A DNA stretch of 64,000 nt from Octopus vulgaris (GCA_951406725.2 OX597815.1:103602001-103666000), one strand, 5' to 3'. Numbered from the stretch's first letter, positions 1 through 14,728 are shown. Numbers and translations: made by a program. The notes: generated from the letters alone by a model not told the origin.

Positions 1-101
1 TCGATCGATGTATACACACAGTCACACACACACACACAAACACACACACATTCACACTTACACACACACACACACGCACACACACGCACATACACACATA
101 T

Positions 102-485
102 AACAATTCAAGAAGTATGAGAGGTGAAAATATTTATTCGACCACTTGATATCCACAGGATGATGCCCGTTTCGCAGCCTTCATCGTATAATGATAATTT
201 CAGTGTATGATATATTATTTTACATGTTGCCGCCAGTATGCGTGGAAAGTTGAAGCATACGTGTATCCATTTGTTCTTTTGATCTGAAGAGCTAGCCTTT
301 ATATCTGCATTGATTTGTAATTGTGCAATAGTACGGTGCAATGTGTAGATGCCTAATGGTGGAGACATGTAAAATAAAATTATTATACACTGAAAGTATT
401 GTCATATGATGAAGTCTGCGAAACAGCCATCATCCTAAGTGATTGAATAAATATATTTCCCTGCCATACCTCCTAACATTTTATG
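102..485. mobile_element. Head-to-head inverted pair of PLE-like 3' ends with degenerate hammerhead-like motifs
   Basis: The reverse complement of 102-227 aligns to 365-485 (acatgtaaaata...tacactgaaa...GATGAAG(g/t)CTGCGAAAC...catcatcct...gaataaatat), with a 137-bp spacer. Confidence 0.7.
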
Positions 486-560
486 ATCTATATACACCCC
501 ATGAAATAATTTCACAGATTGGATCTTCTGGATTTCAAATGCATAGAACTCTACATCAAA

Positions 561-597
561 CTCCTACGTACGGATACTACGTGGTTCATCAGAGGAG
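561..597 (-). ncRNA. Degenerate type I hammerhead remnant
   Basis: Minus strand reads ctcct-CTGATGA-...-ACGT-aggag. Stem I (ctcct/aggag) is intact but GAAA is lost. Confidence 0.3.
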
Positions 598-1404
598 CTT
601 TCTGTGACTGTCACAGAATTCTATGAATCCACAACAAATTTAGTGTATGTGTGTGAATATGTGTATGCGTGTATCTGTGTGTATTCGTGTACGTGAGCGT
701 GCGCTTGCATCTGTAAGTAATCTATGAATAAATGACAGATCAATGAAGTTACTCAGATCAATGTCGAAAGTACCTTCTGCAATTGATTAAACTCTATATA
801 TATCTTGGAGTGAGGAAAACATTGACTCAACTTTGGCAATATAAGTTTTAAAATATACGACTTTCAGAAGGAACGTCAATCAACAGATCACATGTCATCC
901 AATGTTTGGCATAACCTTAGATACGTACAACACACACAAACAGATACCTGCGCGCACAAATACACACACACACACGCACACACACAAACAAGCACACACG
1001 CATAGGTGCTCGCCACTCAACCAGCCACCCCATTATATGTTAGCGTGTGTGTGTGTGTGGTGTGTGTGTTTATTTGTGTGTGTATGTGGTGTGTGTGTAT
1101 TAGTATGTGCGTGCGTCTGACTGCGTGTGTGTGAGTGTGTGTGTGCGCGCGCATGCACGGAAATTTTTTATGCCAAGTTTAAGCTATGTGTATGGCATCG
1201 CTATAATTGAATACGGTGCAAGGAATAAACTATATCGTAAACTAAGGAGACATCAAAAGTATCTGAAGAGAAAACGTAAAATAAGTACTTTCTTCGTGGT
1301 TTAGCTTTTCATATTGGATCATACTGAGAAATGAGTAGACGGAATTATGCATATAACTAGAAAGGCAGTACCAGGAATGTTGGTAGCATAGATATATGGA
1401 GGGC

Positions 1405-1438
<34 letters not shown>

Positions 1439-1536
1439 AGAGAGAGAGAGAGGGGGGTGAGAAAGAGCGTGAAGAGGTGAAAGGGTGAAGAAACAAGGAG
1501 AGGAAAATAGTTACCTCGCTAACCTGATATACACAC

Positions 1537-1582
<46 letters not shown>

Positions 1583-1810
1583 TTATATTGGAGAGAGATA
1601 GACGAAAAAGACACAAACAGACAGACTGACAGATAAAGAGAGAGAGGGAGAGAAATAGATTTAATGTATGAAATAGCTTTTTTAATACTATATAACTTAC
1701 ACAGCTATATAACATTTTTGACTGCAACACAACATATTCACAATATATATGAGTGTGCGTATGTATCTAAATGTATGTATGTATGTATGTATATATATAT
1801 ATATATATAT

Positions 1811-2196
1811 GCAGGCGTGGCTGAGTGATAAGAAGCTTGCTTCCCAGTCACATAGTGTTCCGGGTTCAGGCCCACTTGATTAGTGTCTTCTGCAATATCC
1901 TCGGGCCGACCAAAGCCATGTGAGTGGATTTGTCAGACGGAAACTGAGAGAAACCCATCGTATATATATATATGTATATATATATATTTGGGGTGGGGGT
2001 TGCCCGTGTGTCTTTACGTCTGCGTTAGTCTCTCATCACCGCTTGACAAACGGTATTGATGTATTTACGTTCCCCGTAACCTAGCTGTTCGGGAAAAGTA
2101 ACCGGTGGAATAGATACTAAGCTTAGAAATATAAGTCCTGGAGTCGACTTGTTCGACTAATACCCCTTCAAGGTGGTCCTCCAGCATGGCCGAAGT

Positions 2197-2200
<4 letters not shown>
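1811..2200 (+). mobile_element. tRNA-derived SINE family A (abundant octopus-type SINE), near full length
   Basis: A/B-box-like head (gtggctgagtgataag; gggttcagg), body cctcgggccgaccaaagcc..gtgagtggattt..gacggaaactga, internal TA tract, tail ggagtcgacttgttcgactaa..ccagcatggccg. Homologous to five other copies in the window. Confidence 0.85.
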
Positions 2201-2228
<28 letters not shown>

Positions 2229-2534
2229 CTTTAAAGTACACGCTTAGTATTGGTAATGCTAACAGGAGAAATAGAACTCAAAATACGAGAATGTGTATAT
2301 TTTTATTAATATTTAACAGAAACGACAGAGTGACTCAAGACCCGAGAATTTCGTGTGTTAGCACTTTACGTTTCACGCTTGATGTGTGCCGAAGCACAAA
2401 AATTTCGTCCTTTTCGCTTCTGCTAAATTTTAAGATGAATATAAAAGTATACGTATAAATATACGTATATACATTTATACAATATTTATTTTATATGTGT
2501 ATGTGCATATATACATACATTTATAGATGTACGC

Positions 2535-2577
<43 letters not shown>

Positions 2578-2639
2578 CGTTTTTCTTTTATTATTTTATT
2601 CTTTTACTGGTTTCAGCCGAAGGTTGGGGCCACGCTAGA

Positions 2640-3176
2640 TCACCACCTTTCAGTGTATTTGAATCTCCTTTCTGTACTGTCTTTGATGAAGAAGCGAATT
2701 GGGTGGAGTCACTCACCTTTGTGCTTCCTACCGTGATGTGGCTTCGTCTAGGACTTCTGATACAAATTTGTCCCGATACTTTTTGACGGCACCACATCTT
2801 CACCTCACAAATCTTTAAGGTTGTTTGGGAGGATGTTAAACAGTTATGGACCTCAGAAACCCAACCTTTTGCAGTACTGGTTCCTTATTCGAAACGGAGA
2901 AAACTTTGGTATTATGCAATTCTGTCCAGTCCGGTAGTTGTCTTATAATTCCAAAGTTGGGAGCGAGAGCATCCAGGCTCTTCCATATGTATTTCACTGC
3001 ATGTCTCTCTCGCCTTCTCTTCGGGGTATAGAGTTTCAGGTTTTTTTAGCCTCTCCCAGTAGCTCATCTGTTTCACCGAGTCGATCTTCTTCTTGATGTA
3101 ATGGTGCTAGATTACATCATGTTCCGCTACCAGTTCGACGCCTTGCAGTGACCACAGCTGGGAGCAGTTATCCAGA
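2640..3176 (-). pseudogene. CR1/L2-group LINE ORF2 C-terminal fragment, degenerate
   Basis: Minus-strand translation gives LDNCSQLWS...LKLYTPKRRRERHAVKYIWKSLDALAPNFG...FNILPNNLKDL, matching CR1-type post-RT motifs (YCSQLWSP, LYSLERRRER, WKIL..PN, FN.LP). Frameshifted. Confidence 0.75.
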
Positions 3177-3177
3177 T

Positions 3178-3223
<46 letters not shown>

Positions 3224-3295
3224 TGTGTGTGTATATATACATATATAGACAGATAGAGAGAGAGAAAGAGATACACATACTCACACACATATATG

Positions 3296-3342
<47 letters not shown>

Positions 3343-3349
3343 TCAAAAT

Positions 3350-3529
3350 AAGCAAATATAATGCTTACAACATTTAATAAAATGATATAGTACGAAACAA
3401 TTGTACCAAATTAACGGAGTCATTCTTGTTGCTTATTTTGGTTATAATCACCCCACAATTTTTTATGGATAACACCATACAAAATTCTGGTGCATCTAAA
3501 TTAAGTACCATATTCATTCGAATCTAAAT
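3350..3529 (+). mobile_element. PLE-like 3' end, 5'-truncated; same family as 25478-26320; carries the 3' half of a hammerhead
   Basis: ttacaacatttaataaaatgat..gtacGAAACaattGTAccaaatta..ggagtcattcttgttgctta matches 26245-26315 directly and 25494-25610 as reverse complement. Confidence 0.8.
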
Positions 3530-3568
3530 ATGTGTGTGTGTGTGTGTGTGTGTATAAGTATGTATGTA

Positions 3569-3605
<37 letters not shown>

Positions 3606-3990
3606 ATGTATGTATGTATATGTATATAATACATATATTATTTGATGGTGGCAAAGACCGACACAAAAACAAACACAAGCATATACACTCAGGGGCATGT
3701 CTATATATATTACAATCTATTCCTCTGAAACTCATTGAATTTTCTGTGTACATTTTTGTCCAATTTTTAACTTTTAATCTCGAACACTCCTAAACACCCA
3801 ATTTTTTTCATATATACTTGTACAAATTGATAAACAGAAAATTGTCGAAAGTATAATAGTTTGGTGTGTGAAGAAAAACTATTTAAAAAGGATTGCACGT
3901 TTTTTAGCTTCAGGTACATTTTCAAACCCTCAAACAAATTCAATATTTTTTTCTGCATGGGAATACACTTTTTCTTTCCATATATATAAA

Positions 3991-4029
<39 letters not shown>

Positions 4030-4030
4030 C

Positions 4031-4098
<68 letters not shown>

Positions 4099-4100
4099 GG

Positions 4101-4257
4101 ACGGGCATGTTTCTATCTAACAAATTCTCTCACGAGATTTTGGTCTGCCCGGGTCTATAGTGAAAGGAACTTTCATTATAGGTACGGTGCAGTGAGACTG
4201 AATCTGGAACCATGTGGTCGGAAAGCAAGCATCGTACCACACAGCCACGCATGCGCC
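4101..4257 (-). mobile_element. SINE family A, 5' half
   Basis: Reverse complement ggcgcatgcgtggctgtgtggtacgatgcttgctttccgaccacatggttccagattcagtctcactg matches the family A head. Confidence 0.8.
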
Positions 4258-4479
4258 TATACATACATATATACGAACTTTCTAGAGAACATGTCAACGT
4301 TCGTGGAACTACAAAATTACTGATGAAGTCTCTGTGAAGTAACTTCTTCAACGAAACTTCTTGAATGTACTTAGTAATATTTGATAATGTTGCACTAAAT
4401 TTATTTTCCTGGATGGTCACAGCAGGAATTTCTTCGATGAAATATCAGTTAAATAAGATGTTCCTGATTAGAGATATAC

Positions 4480-5277
4480 TATCAAGAACATAATGCCATA
4501 ATTTTGTGGTTATATTTTTATAAGTCTCTCCATGTGTCTTTCCCGTTTTACTTTTCTACATCTTGAAATTCCACCAAACAAACAACATGACCTTCTTTTC
4601 AGCCTACTCTTGTTTCACAACAGGTTCTGAAGTTGGGTGGAACGAAGCCACTGCTTCCTCTTGTTAGGTTTAGCAAAATAGATCCATTTTTCATCCCCAT
4701 TTAAAATTCGATGCTTAAAATGGGCGCCACAAGATTTTACCAGCAGTTGTTTACAATATTCGCACGCCGTTGAATCTGATCATTTTTAATTTCATGAGGA
4801 GCTTCTGGACAGCGCAGTTCACTCGATCAGATTCTGAAAACAATTTAAGAGTGTTTGTGCTTGGCTGTTGTTCAACCATTTCAAGCAAGACTTCATCTTC
4901 CATACTAGAAGGTCTCCCTGACCTTCAATTGTCTTTGAGGGAATTGTCTCCTTCTCTGAAACTTCTGAACCAGTTTTGTACACAAGTTTTCTGTTAGTTC
5001 CTAAGGAGTTCCACATCATTAAATTCTTTTGCCGCTGTCCTTGCACACAATTCTTTTTTCCACAGGTAGCATAAAATACCTCTAATTACAATTTTTTAAC
5101 TCATTATCGTGAAATAAAAAAGAATAAATGTGTATATGTTACATATAAAAATAAAGAAAAACAATTCAACAACGATTGGACAACAAGTTATATCAGATTA
5201 ATGATATAACATGTATATACAAGTTGCAAAAAATCATTAATAAAAATCCGGAAAAACTTTTGACTCATTGTGTGTAT
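4480..5277 (-). mobile_element. Degenerate mariner (Tc1/mariner) transposon with transposase pseudogene
   Basis: Minus strand: ATG at ~5104, HTH region WFRSFREGDNSLKD..RSGRPS (~4915-4972) and first catalytic motif NGDEKWIYF (4675-4701). Contains stops and frameshifts. Putative terminus next to TA at ~5275. Confidence 0.85.
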
Positions 5278-6531
5278 ATATATATATATATTTATATATA
5301 TATTGTATATACACACACACGTAACATTTTGATGACCGGGAGACTTCTAACTCCTTCCTGATAGCGCTAGAAAGCGTCCACATTCCACCGTGTAAACTTT
5401 TTCTCGGTGTATGTGGCTAATTCATAGATCTAGTAATTTAAGAAGGTATATAGTACGGTTTAGGAATAAAGTGTTATTGTGGGGAAATAACACTACGTAG
5501 AGGTATTTTACGCTGCCTGTGCAAAAAGACTGAGTGCAAGGGCACCTATCCAAAGGACGGGGGACGGACGGAACATATAAGGGGAATAGTTTTCTTGAGA
5601 GACAGCCGAGCACTATGCTAGCGTCAAGGGCAACACTACTGTTCTTAAATTTCTCGGAAACATTTCACGAGTGGAATATAGAGAAGAGTAGCCAACAGTA
5701 AATCTTGCTTCATGGAAGACGCACTTTTGTTTATTAAAGAAGAAGAACAATGAAATATATTTATTCGAACTGTGCTCGACACATCTGTAGTTTACTCTGC
5801 ATTAGAATATCACAAAACTATATCATGTTTCAAAGAATGAGAGAAAGACAAAGAGAAAGGGAGAGAAAGAGACTGATAAACAGAGGGATATTAATGATTG
5901 TGGGTGACTTTTTTCGAGGGTAATGGAACTGAGATTGCTAGGACTCGGAGTCTTGTTCATTTTGGATATCAGAATCTTCTTTCGCTCTTGGTGCTTATTC
6001 CTGCGTGAGTCTGATACAAAATACCTTCACTTATATATGTTTCATAGATATTATTAAATTAGTGGTGTGTTATCAGTATTTTACATCAATATTAAAAACT
6101 TTATTATATCATTTATATATACTTGAAAGTTACCTGTCATATGGAAATATACTTTGGCCGTTGGACGCCTTGGGTTATGCAGACCTATGGCACAAATAAG
6201 ATAATTATTAATTCACGTTTATCTAATTCCTTGGCGCTTATTGAAAATAATAAAATGAATACTGACTTTCAAAAGAAAAATATTACTCGATAATTCCTTC
6301 TGTTATTGTGTGTGAGGGGCAGAGAATTTTCTTTTAATCCTTAACTGCCACCAAGCCTAGTATGCGCAATCATGTTGCACATCTCATGTTAAGTCTCTCA
6401 GAACCTTTCTTTCGATTTCTCTCATCGTCATTCTATGCTAAGAGATATAAAAGAATTATGAATAAAACTAATTGAAATCGAATGGGATTTCCCAGCAACC
6501 AAGCATCTTTTTTAAATATCTATCAGTACAC

Positions 6532-6565
<34 letters not shown>

Positions 6566-7018
6566 TGCATGTATCTACGTGTATGTATACATGTGAATAT
6601 AAAACAAAATCAAATGTTAATCGAGAAAGCATTCAATACATATAAGTAGAGTAATATTTCATTTCTACAAGGAAAATCTCGAGATTGTCTTCCAAAATTG
6701 CAGTTGGATCAGTCTATCTGGTGAAGAATAACGCCGACGGCGAAACTTTGAGTTACCATGAAATTTTGTATGTGAACGTATATGTGTACACGTATGACTG
6801 TTTTTATGTATGCATGTATAGATGCATATATATATATATATATATTATATTTAATTTATATTTTTATGTGATATATTTATATATTACTAAATTTTTAAAT
6901 TTTTAAACGCTTTATAGATATAAATGAATATATGAATATATGTATGTGTTTGATATTTCTGAGCATTTTGTAATGTTCCTTTAGTTGTTGCTCGCATTGC
7001 CTCCCTCGGATAAAAAAA

Positions 7019-7082
<64 letters not shown>

Positions 7083-8160
7083 TTTTCAGTTAATTAGCAT
7101 ATGTTTGTATCAGATAGAAGTAATATATACAACTGTGTTTGAAATTATTTGTTGTTACAAACTAAACATTTAGGTACTGGAACCAAATCTATCGTCACTG
7201 CCTTCCTTATAGAATTAATTGAATGTCCGCTACAGTCTGAGAGCTGCTTACGTAATCGATTTTCACGGTCTTCAGTATCTTTCGTTTTTCATTGTTGTAA
7301 GCGGTCTACTTCTGTTTCACTTTCCTTAAACAAAAGATTTCACAACAAGAATCTTGCAAAACAAATACATAAACGTAACATTTTGTTTAAAGTATGGTAG
7401 ATTATTTATGGAAGTAGCGTTCGGGGAATTCCAAACTATATTGTTGTCATTTTTAACCCTCATCAATCTTGGCTTAGCATAAATATGATAAAACAGACAT
7501 CCTGTAACCGTCCCATCTTGCTGGCAAGTTGTTCTTTCCAATGGTGAGTCGCAAGAGGAATCAAGGTGCACTGTGGATTTCTAAAAAAATATATAAATAA
7601 AATAAATGTCATCCATTAATTTGTTAAAATAGGCACCATTAATAAAGCAATAATTCTCTACTGTTTCCAATTTGTAACTTTTATACCTTGGAATATTTAA
7701 TCTCTAATACGCCACGATATTAAAAACATTGAGATCCAGTGAAAGAGAGTATGATTTGAAAGAAATTGTCTCCCAATTCTTCTAATGTGATTAATTATAT
7801 AGCGTCTCCCGCATTGGTGTTTTATTTTCGTTTAGCTTTTGTCCTTGCTCCCGTAGTTGTTTCGTGGTGGATCACTCTTAATCGAGTAGATTGATAATAA
7901 AACGCGTTTGACCCACAACCATCTTAATTTTTCTTAAACCACATAGAACGTAAAACATTATTATCTAACGTTCGCTTTATAAGATGGAAGGATGTGATTT
8001 GAGCGGCACCTAGCTTCGGGCTCTAGTAAACTGACTGGTTTCATAAATGCTTCGTCGTTAATTTGATGAGCCTCTTCTATTAATATGGTTCCAAAATAGG
8101 TATCTCGAAAAAAGAGCGAACATTCAAACTTAAGAGATAAATAATTGGATAACGTAACAT

Positions 8161-8206
<46 letters not shown>

Positions 8207-8549
8207 TATATAGATATATCCTTTTCTCTCTCTCTCTCTCTATATATATATATCACACACTCTCTCTCTCTCTCTCGCTCCACAATACACACATACACAC
8301 ACACAAACACACACACACATACATACATACAAACACATGCGCGTTCATGTACACACGAACAAATGCATATATTAACTATATATTATACCCATCAACATAT
8401 AGTTAAAGGTAATCATTTTTTAATTAGAACTCCTATTTCGAGATGTAAACACGTTTACAAAATTGTGCGAGAAAAAGCATAGTCGGTTTATTTTGAGAAC
8501 AAGCACTACATATTTTTTTCTACCGGTAGATTGGATAACCTGCAGCTAT

Positions 8550-8797
8550 GGAGACGCGTGGCTTAGTGGTTAAGGCGTTCAACTCATGATCGTAAGGTTG
8601 TGGTTTCCATTCCTGGACCGAGCGATGTATTGTGTTCTTGAGCAAAACACTTCATTTTCTCGTTGCTCCAGTCCACTGAGCTGGCAAAAATGAGTAATCC
8701 TACGACGGAGCGGCGTCCCGTCCAGTTGAGAAATTTCTACGCCACTGAAACCGGGAAACCGGCCCTTATGAGCCTGGCATGGCTCGAAAAGGAACAT
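8550..8797 (+). mobile_element. tRNA-derived SINE family B
   Basis: A box tggcttagtgg, B-box-like ggtttccattcc, body ttgagcaaaacactt..ctccagtccactgagctggcaaaaatgagta shared with 12681-12950. Confidence 0.8.
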
Positions 8798-9559
8798 TTA
8801 TTTCTTTTTTATTTTTATGTATATCAGATATAAGGCAAAATACAACCAGTCTAATTTACATAACCTTACATCCATAGTCAAATTACATAGTTAATTAATC
8901 ACAACACAGGGTATATCTTATATGTAAAGGTATACCTGTGTGTGTGTATGTGTGCGTGTGTAGATATATATATATATTTTTATATATACATACATATATA
9001 TGCGTATATATATATCCATATCTAACTATATATGTGCGCGTGTGCGTACCAGTGTGAGTGTTTACATATATTATAGTCCTAGTCCTAGCTGACAAATGTA
9101 AGTATACGTAAACTTGTTTAAGTCTCTCTTTCATTCTGTATTTACAAAAAAAAAACAGTATTTACATTTAAGTTCTACATAATTAGTACTTAATTAGACA
9201 GATTAACAATGAATACACTGTTAAACAAATTAAACTGACCATCCCAGCTGAGTCCTGGTTTTCATGTGATATAAATAGTTGTAAACTATCAATATATTCG
9301 TGAACGGACAATGAGAGTACCGTCCCTGTCATTAGTCTCCAGATGGAGCTGAAATTTACCCACAAAATCACGATAATTTTCTGTCTGCAATATTTGTAGA
9401 AAATATACAACTTGCAGCGAGATTAAAAAAAAAAAAAAGCAATTGAAATGCATACATTAATTTCAGAATATCATACATTCCGAGACACACCTTATGTACA
9501 CACACATATGTATAATATATATAGAAATATATAGAAAGACATATAGAGAAATATAATAC

Positions 9560-9795
9560 ATGTCACCATGATAGATCGTTAGCCACTACACACTTTTTTC
9601 TCTCCTTTTTTTTCTCTCCTTTTTTTTCTCTCCTTGTTTCTCTCTTTGTTTTTTCTGTGTACCTTTCTGTAGAAGAGCGTAGGCTCGAAACGTAAAATAC
9701 TGTTTCTATTCCTGAGCGTTATACTAATACATCTGTTTGTTTTGTACACCACCTGTCTTCGGCTTTTGTTTTTTTTTCGTAAACTTACCCTATAA
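9560..9795 (+). mobile_element. PLE-like 3'-end repeat with a variant hammerhead-like motif; second copy at 58180-58332
   Basis: ccatgatagatcg(t/c)tagccacta...cctttCTGT(a/c)GAAGAG(c/g)GTAGGCTCGAAACGTAaaa...gagcgtta is shared by both copies. Confidence 0.75.
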
Positions 9796-9834
9796 TATAT
9801 GCATAGACAGATATCTATGTGTGCGCGTCGGATT

Positions 9835-9940
9835 TGAAGATGACTCAGTTTTTCGATCAACTAAAATTATCTATTCACAGAATTAACATCAACGTCGTTC
9901 AGCACACCTCAGTCACGTGTACCCCTAAAATGATTCGCAG
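9835..9940 (-). mobile_element. Old SINE family B 3' fragment
   Basis: Reverse complement ggggtacacgtgactgaggtgtgctgaacgacgttgatgttaatt resembles 12850-12900. Confidence 0.5.
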
Positions 9941-10509
9941 CCAAAAGAGGATTCGTATTGAAATTGCAATCTCAAACCGTGATTCGACATGAGTATTTAG
10001 AAAAATGTCACTCGCTGAAGATGCCCCGAAGTGATTTTGGGTTGCAAAACGTATTTCCTAAAACTTTGGTTATACGGTACCTATATATAACATAATATAA
10101 TTTCGTGTCTGTGTATGCATGTGTGTATGTATATAGGTATATGTATAGGTACAGACACACACACACACACACGCACATGTATATTGTGGGGTTTGTATCA
10201 GAAGGATCTCACCTAGCCTTCTTATTTGTAAAGTACGCACGTATGCAAAGTCAAGTAAATATTCGATCGTGATTCTTATTTATTTTTTTTTTTGCATTTA
10301 ACTGTGGTGACTCGTCTGAAAATATCGAACAACCAAGTGTCTGTATGCTGCTACAAATGTGTGTGTGTGTGTGTGTGATGTATATATGCATGTATATATT
10401 TCTCTCTCTCTCTCCCTCTCTTTGCATATATGTGTGCGTGTATGTATGTGTGAATATATACATGTGTGTATGTATATATATATATATATATATACATACA
10501 TGTTTAAAT

Positions 10510-10607
<98 letters not shown>

Positions 10608-10775
10608 CATATTTGTTTCTGGAGCGGCCGTACAGTTTAGTACAAAGTTACTTTAAATTTTCCTTTGTTTTCAATCTAAAATACATGTATTTACATACAC
10701 ACATGCACCGACATACATACATTCGTATCTATGTGTAACTATGTATATTCATACGTACACACAAACACACAGATA

Positions 10776-10807
<32 letters not shown>

Positions 10808-10887
10808 CGTACATACATACGCACATATTGCACACGCATATATATGTATATATACGTATATATATGTATATACTTCTATATTTATGA

Positions 10888-10920
<33 letters not shown>

Positions 10921-11683
10921 TATATACATACATATATGTATGTGTGTGTGTGTGTGTGTGTGTGTGAGCGTGCGTGCGTGTTCTCTGTATTATTTCCTGT
11001 CGCATGTGTATAAATGTGTATATGTTTTCTTTGACATACGCTTATACTATTGTATATATGTGCGTATATTTCTAACCAAATCGAAACATACTTTGTATAC
11101 AGGTAATATTTAAGAAAGGAAAAAAAGAAAGAAACAATAACAACAACAACAGCAACAACAAAACACGTATAAAACGGCGTGTAATTGAAAATGTTCAGTG
11201 AAGCATAACATAGCATAATCACTGAAACGTGCATAAATCTACACATATCCATTACCGAATACATTCTGAAACACCTGACTCAATATGACAGCTAGTTAGA
11301 TTTTCACTGATATACTTAGAACTGTACCTATTGACCTAGCAAAGTCGCTACTTACCCAACAAGTTATATTCCTTGTTGAGTTTGTTACCTGCAAAGTACC
11401 AGACAACTTGTAGGTAAATCGGTTCTAAATATTTAGCAGATATATTACACGTTCTGCCTGTAACAGTTCCTTTTACTTAATACTTTCGTAACCTCAGCAA
11501 AAACGGCGCTTAGCGAAACTTGGCTGTGTCGGTGACACTAAAGTTTTATGGTTAACGTTACAGTGTTACGGGGAACAACAGTTCGTAGAATGTCTAGCGA
11601 CTTCAATTAAAAGAGAATGGTGTACCGTTGCATCATTATCTCTTTCACTCTCTCTCGCTTTCGCTCTCTGTTGCTCTCTGTTG

Positions 11684-11728
<45 letters not shown>

Positions 11729-11870
11729 GCACACACACACGCACGCAATATATATGTACATATACAAACAAAAAATATATATACTGTGTACATATGTATA
11801 CTATCACACACACACACATATATATATATGTATGTATATATCTATGTATGTATGTATGTATGTATGTATG

Positions 11871-11955
<85 letters not shown>

Positions 11956-12045
11956 TTGTGTGTACACATTTGTGTGTACATATACATGAATATATATGCG
12001 TATGTACAAGTGTGTATAGGTATGTATCTGTCTATGTATTATGCA

Positions 12046-12103
<58 letters not shown>

Positions 12104-12680
12104 TGTGTGTGTGTTTGTGCACACGCATGTATTTGAACCCTATGAGACCGCCTTCAGGCGAAACAATCCCAGAAATTATTCCAGTCCTGTCTGTATTATC
12201 AACCTCAATCACATCAGAAACATCGACAACAAGGCTTTTAGACGCAGACACACAAACACACACACACATCGCAAACTCACACACTCATGTATGCACGCTA
12301 TTCACACACACACACATTCAAACACACTCATACTGGACGCGCGCGCGAACACACACACACTCGGGCCAAATTCCTCTCTGTATGCAAGTGTGTTAGCATT
12401 TCTATGCATGCGACTACTCGAGTACCTTCATACACCTTAGCAGTTACTATCATTTCTTCTCGTTTTAGCCTCTAGAGCATTTCTAATTAAGCAATAGGAA
12501 ATGAAACCGTGGCCATCCCTTTATAAATATTGAGGACAATATAGTTTAATGTACCTTATGGTGCTTTCTTTGTTTTTACTTTTTAAATAGTATGATCTCA
12601 TAGAGATTTCAATTCTGTTACAAATAGGCTGATCCAGAGGCCTCCTCGGCGACTGATAATTATTTCGCTTAAAAACTCGT

Positions 12681-12950
12681 CAGTTAGTGGTTAGGGTATT
12701 CGACTCACGATAGTAAGGTCGCGAGTTCGAGACTTTGTTTCACGCTCCTCCAGTCCACTCAGCTGGTAAAAAAAGAGTTGTGCCTCTAATTCAAAGTGCC
12801 GGCCTTGTCGCATTCTGTGTCACGCTGAATCACCCAGAGAACTACGGTAACGGTACGCGTGTCTGTGGAGTGCCCAGTCACTTGCATGTTAATTTCTTGA
12901 GCAAGCTGTTCCGGTGATCTAATCATCGTCGTAACTGATCGAGTGCCAGT
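12681..12950 (+). mobile_element. tRNA-derived SINE related to family B, with a different tail
   Basis: Head ttagtggttagggtattcgactcacgat..gcgagttcga, shared ctccagtccactcagctgg body, tail ggtacgcgtgtctgtggagtgcccagtcacttgcatgttaattt. Confidence 0.75.
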
Positions 12951-13847
12951 TTAAAGGACTCCAAACAATGTACCATTTGTAAAAATCTTTTATCTGCAGC
13001 TTGATTCGCCTCCACGTTAATCTCAGAAAATTTTAATCATTATCATTATTTTATTTTTTTCCTAATTGTTCAAAAATTCATCTTCAAATACCATTACTAG
13101 ATCGAAACATTCTAAACACCTATCCATTCATCCACGCATACATACATACATACATACATACATACATACATACATACATACATACATACATAAATACATA
13201 TATAGATACATACATAAATACATACACACATACATGCCCACACATACATAAACATATACATATATACATACATAAATACGTGTATACACATACATTCACA
13301 GAAATATTTTTATAATTTAATTACGAGTACCTATATAATTTTTCATTTGTTATAGGAAAACATGCATTCACTAACTACATAAAATTGTGTTCGAAGAGTA
13401 GTGAAATAAGTCATAGTGAAATAAGATCCAAATAAAAATGTTGTACAATGCTGAGTGGTCCAGTTATGTTTTGGTATTATTACTCCTCATCAGTGGTATA
13501 TGGATTTCTAAAGCCTACATGTGTGTGTGTTTGCGTTTGTATGGTTGGGTGTGTGTGTGCATACACAGACAACCATACACAGGACCTCGAACCCACAAGT
13601 GTGAACAAGAGAGACAGAGCAAGGCAGAAACAAAGAAAATGCCACTTATATTTGAACACTATACAAATATTCCTTTAAAAAAACATTTCTTTTAATTTTC
13701 TAAATTTAATTATTTAATCGTTACAGTTGAAAAGGTCTCAAAATGACTGAAACCGGTACTGAAATGTTCTTTATAAAATTATTTTAGCATTTTCTATTTT
13801 GACTTATTTTTTCATATATATCAACTCGTGTGTTCCTTTTCATCCTT

Positions 13848-13972
<125 letters not shown>

Positions 13973-14298
13973 TAGATATATACACATACATACACATATT
14001 TAGGTATGTTTGTATACAGACACACACATATATATATGCGCACACCCATATATATGTATATATACATATATATGTGTGTGTATGTATATATATATACATA
14101 TATATTAATATATGGGTACGAGTGTGCGTCTGTGTATATATATACACATATATACACGCGCACACACGTACCCATATATTCACATATATATGTATATATA
14201 AATATATATATATATAGATATATATATATATACATATATATATACATACATATATATATACACATATATATATATGCATACATACATGTGTGTGTGCG

Positions 14299-14330
<32 letters not shown>

Positions 14331-14728
14331 TATATGTATGTGTATGTATATACATACAAACATTACATACAAACATACATACATACATATATACATACAT
14401 ACATATATACAGATATAAATATATACATTTATATAGAGAGAGATAAACACACACGTATATTCATATTTGTATATGCATTAATATACACGCATATGTGCAT
14501 TCAATTGCTATATTGTAATCACTATAGTTATACTTCATTAGGAAATATATAAAAATCTATCAACTCCACAATTACATGTACTCATTTCCTTACCCTGACT
14601 TACCACTGACAGAAAAAAGGACAAGCAATGCTCTTTGTCTTTCTTCCACACTCAATATATCTTTCCTCCTTTCGTTCACCCTCCCTTTTTCATATACATA
14701 CACAAACATATATATATATATCCCAGGT

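Noticed and set aside
2290-2450. Weak inverted repeat next to a SINE tail
   Set aside because: The arms are short and heavily diverged. It may be another old inverted pair but is not supportable by eye.
10010-10058. Hammerhead-like CTGAAGA..AAAACGTA (similar weak hits near 1263, 6718, 12140 and 16140)
   Set aside because: Stem I or a core half is missing, so these cannot be distinguished from chance.
11617-12440. Long ORFs of 259-270 aa (also 62089-62985, 17113-17781, 13821-14454)
   Set aside because: They are translations of TA, CA, GA and AGAT microsatellites ([12 protein letters not shown]) that lack stops by composition.
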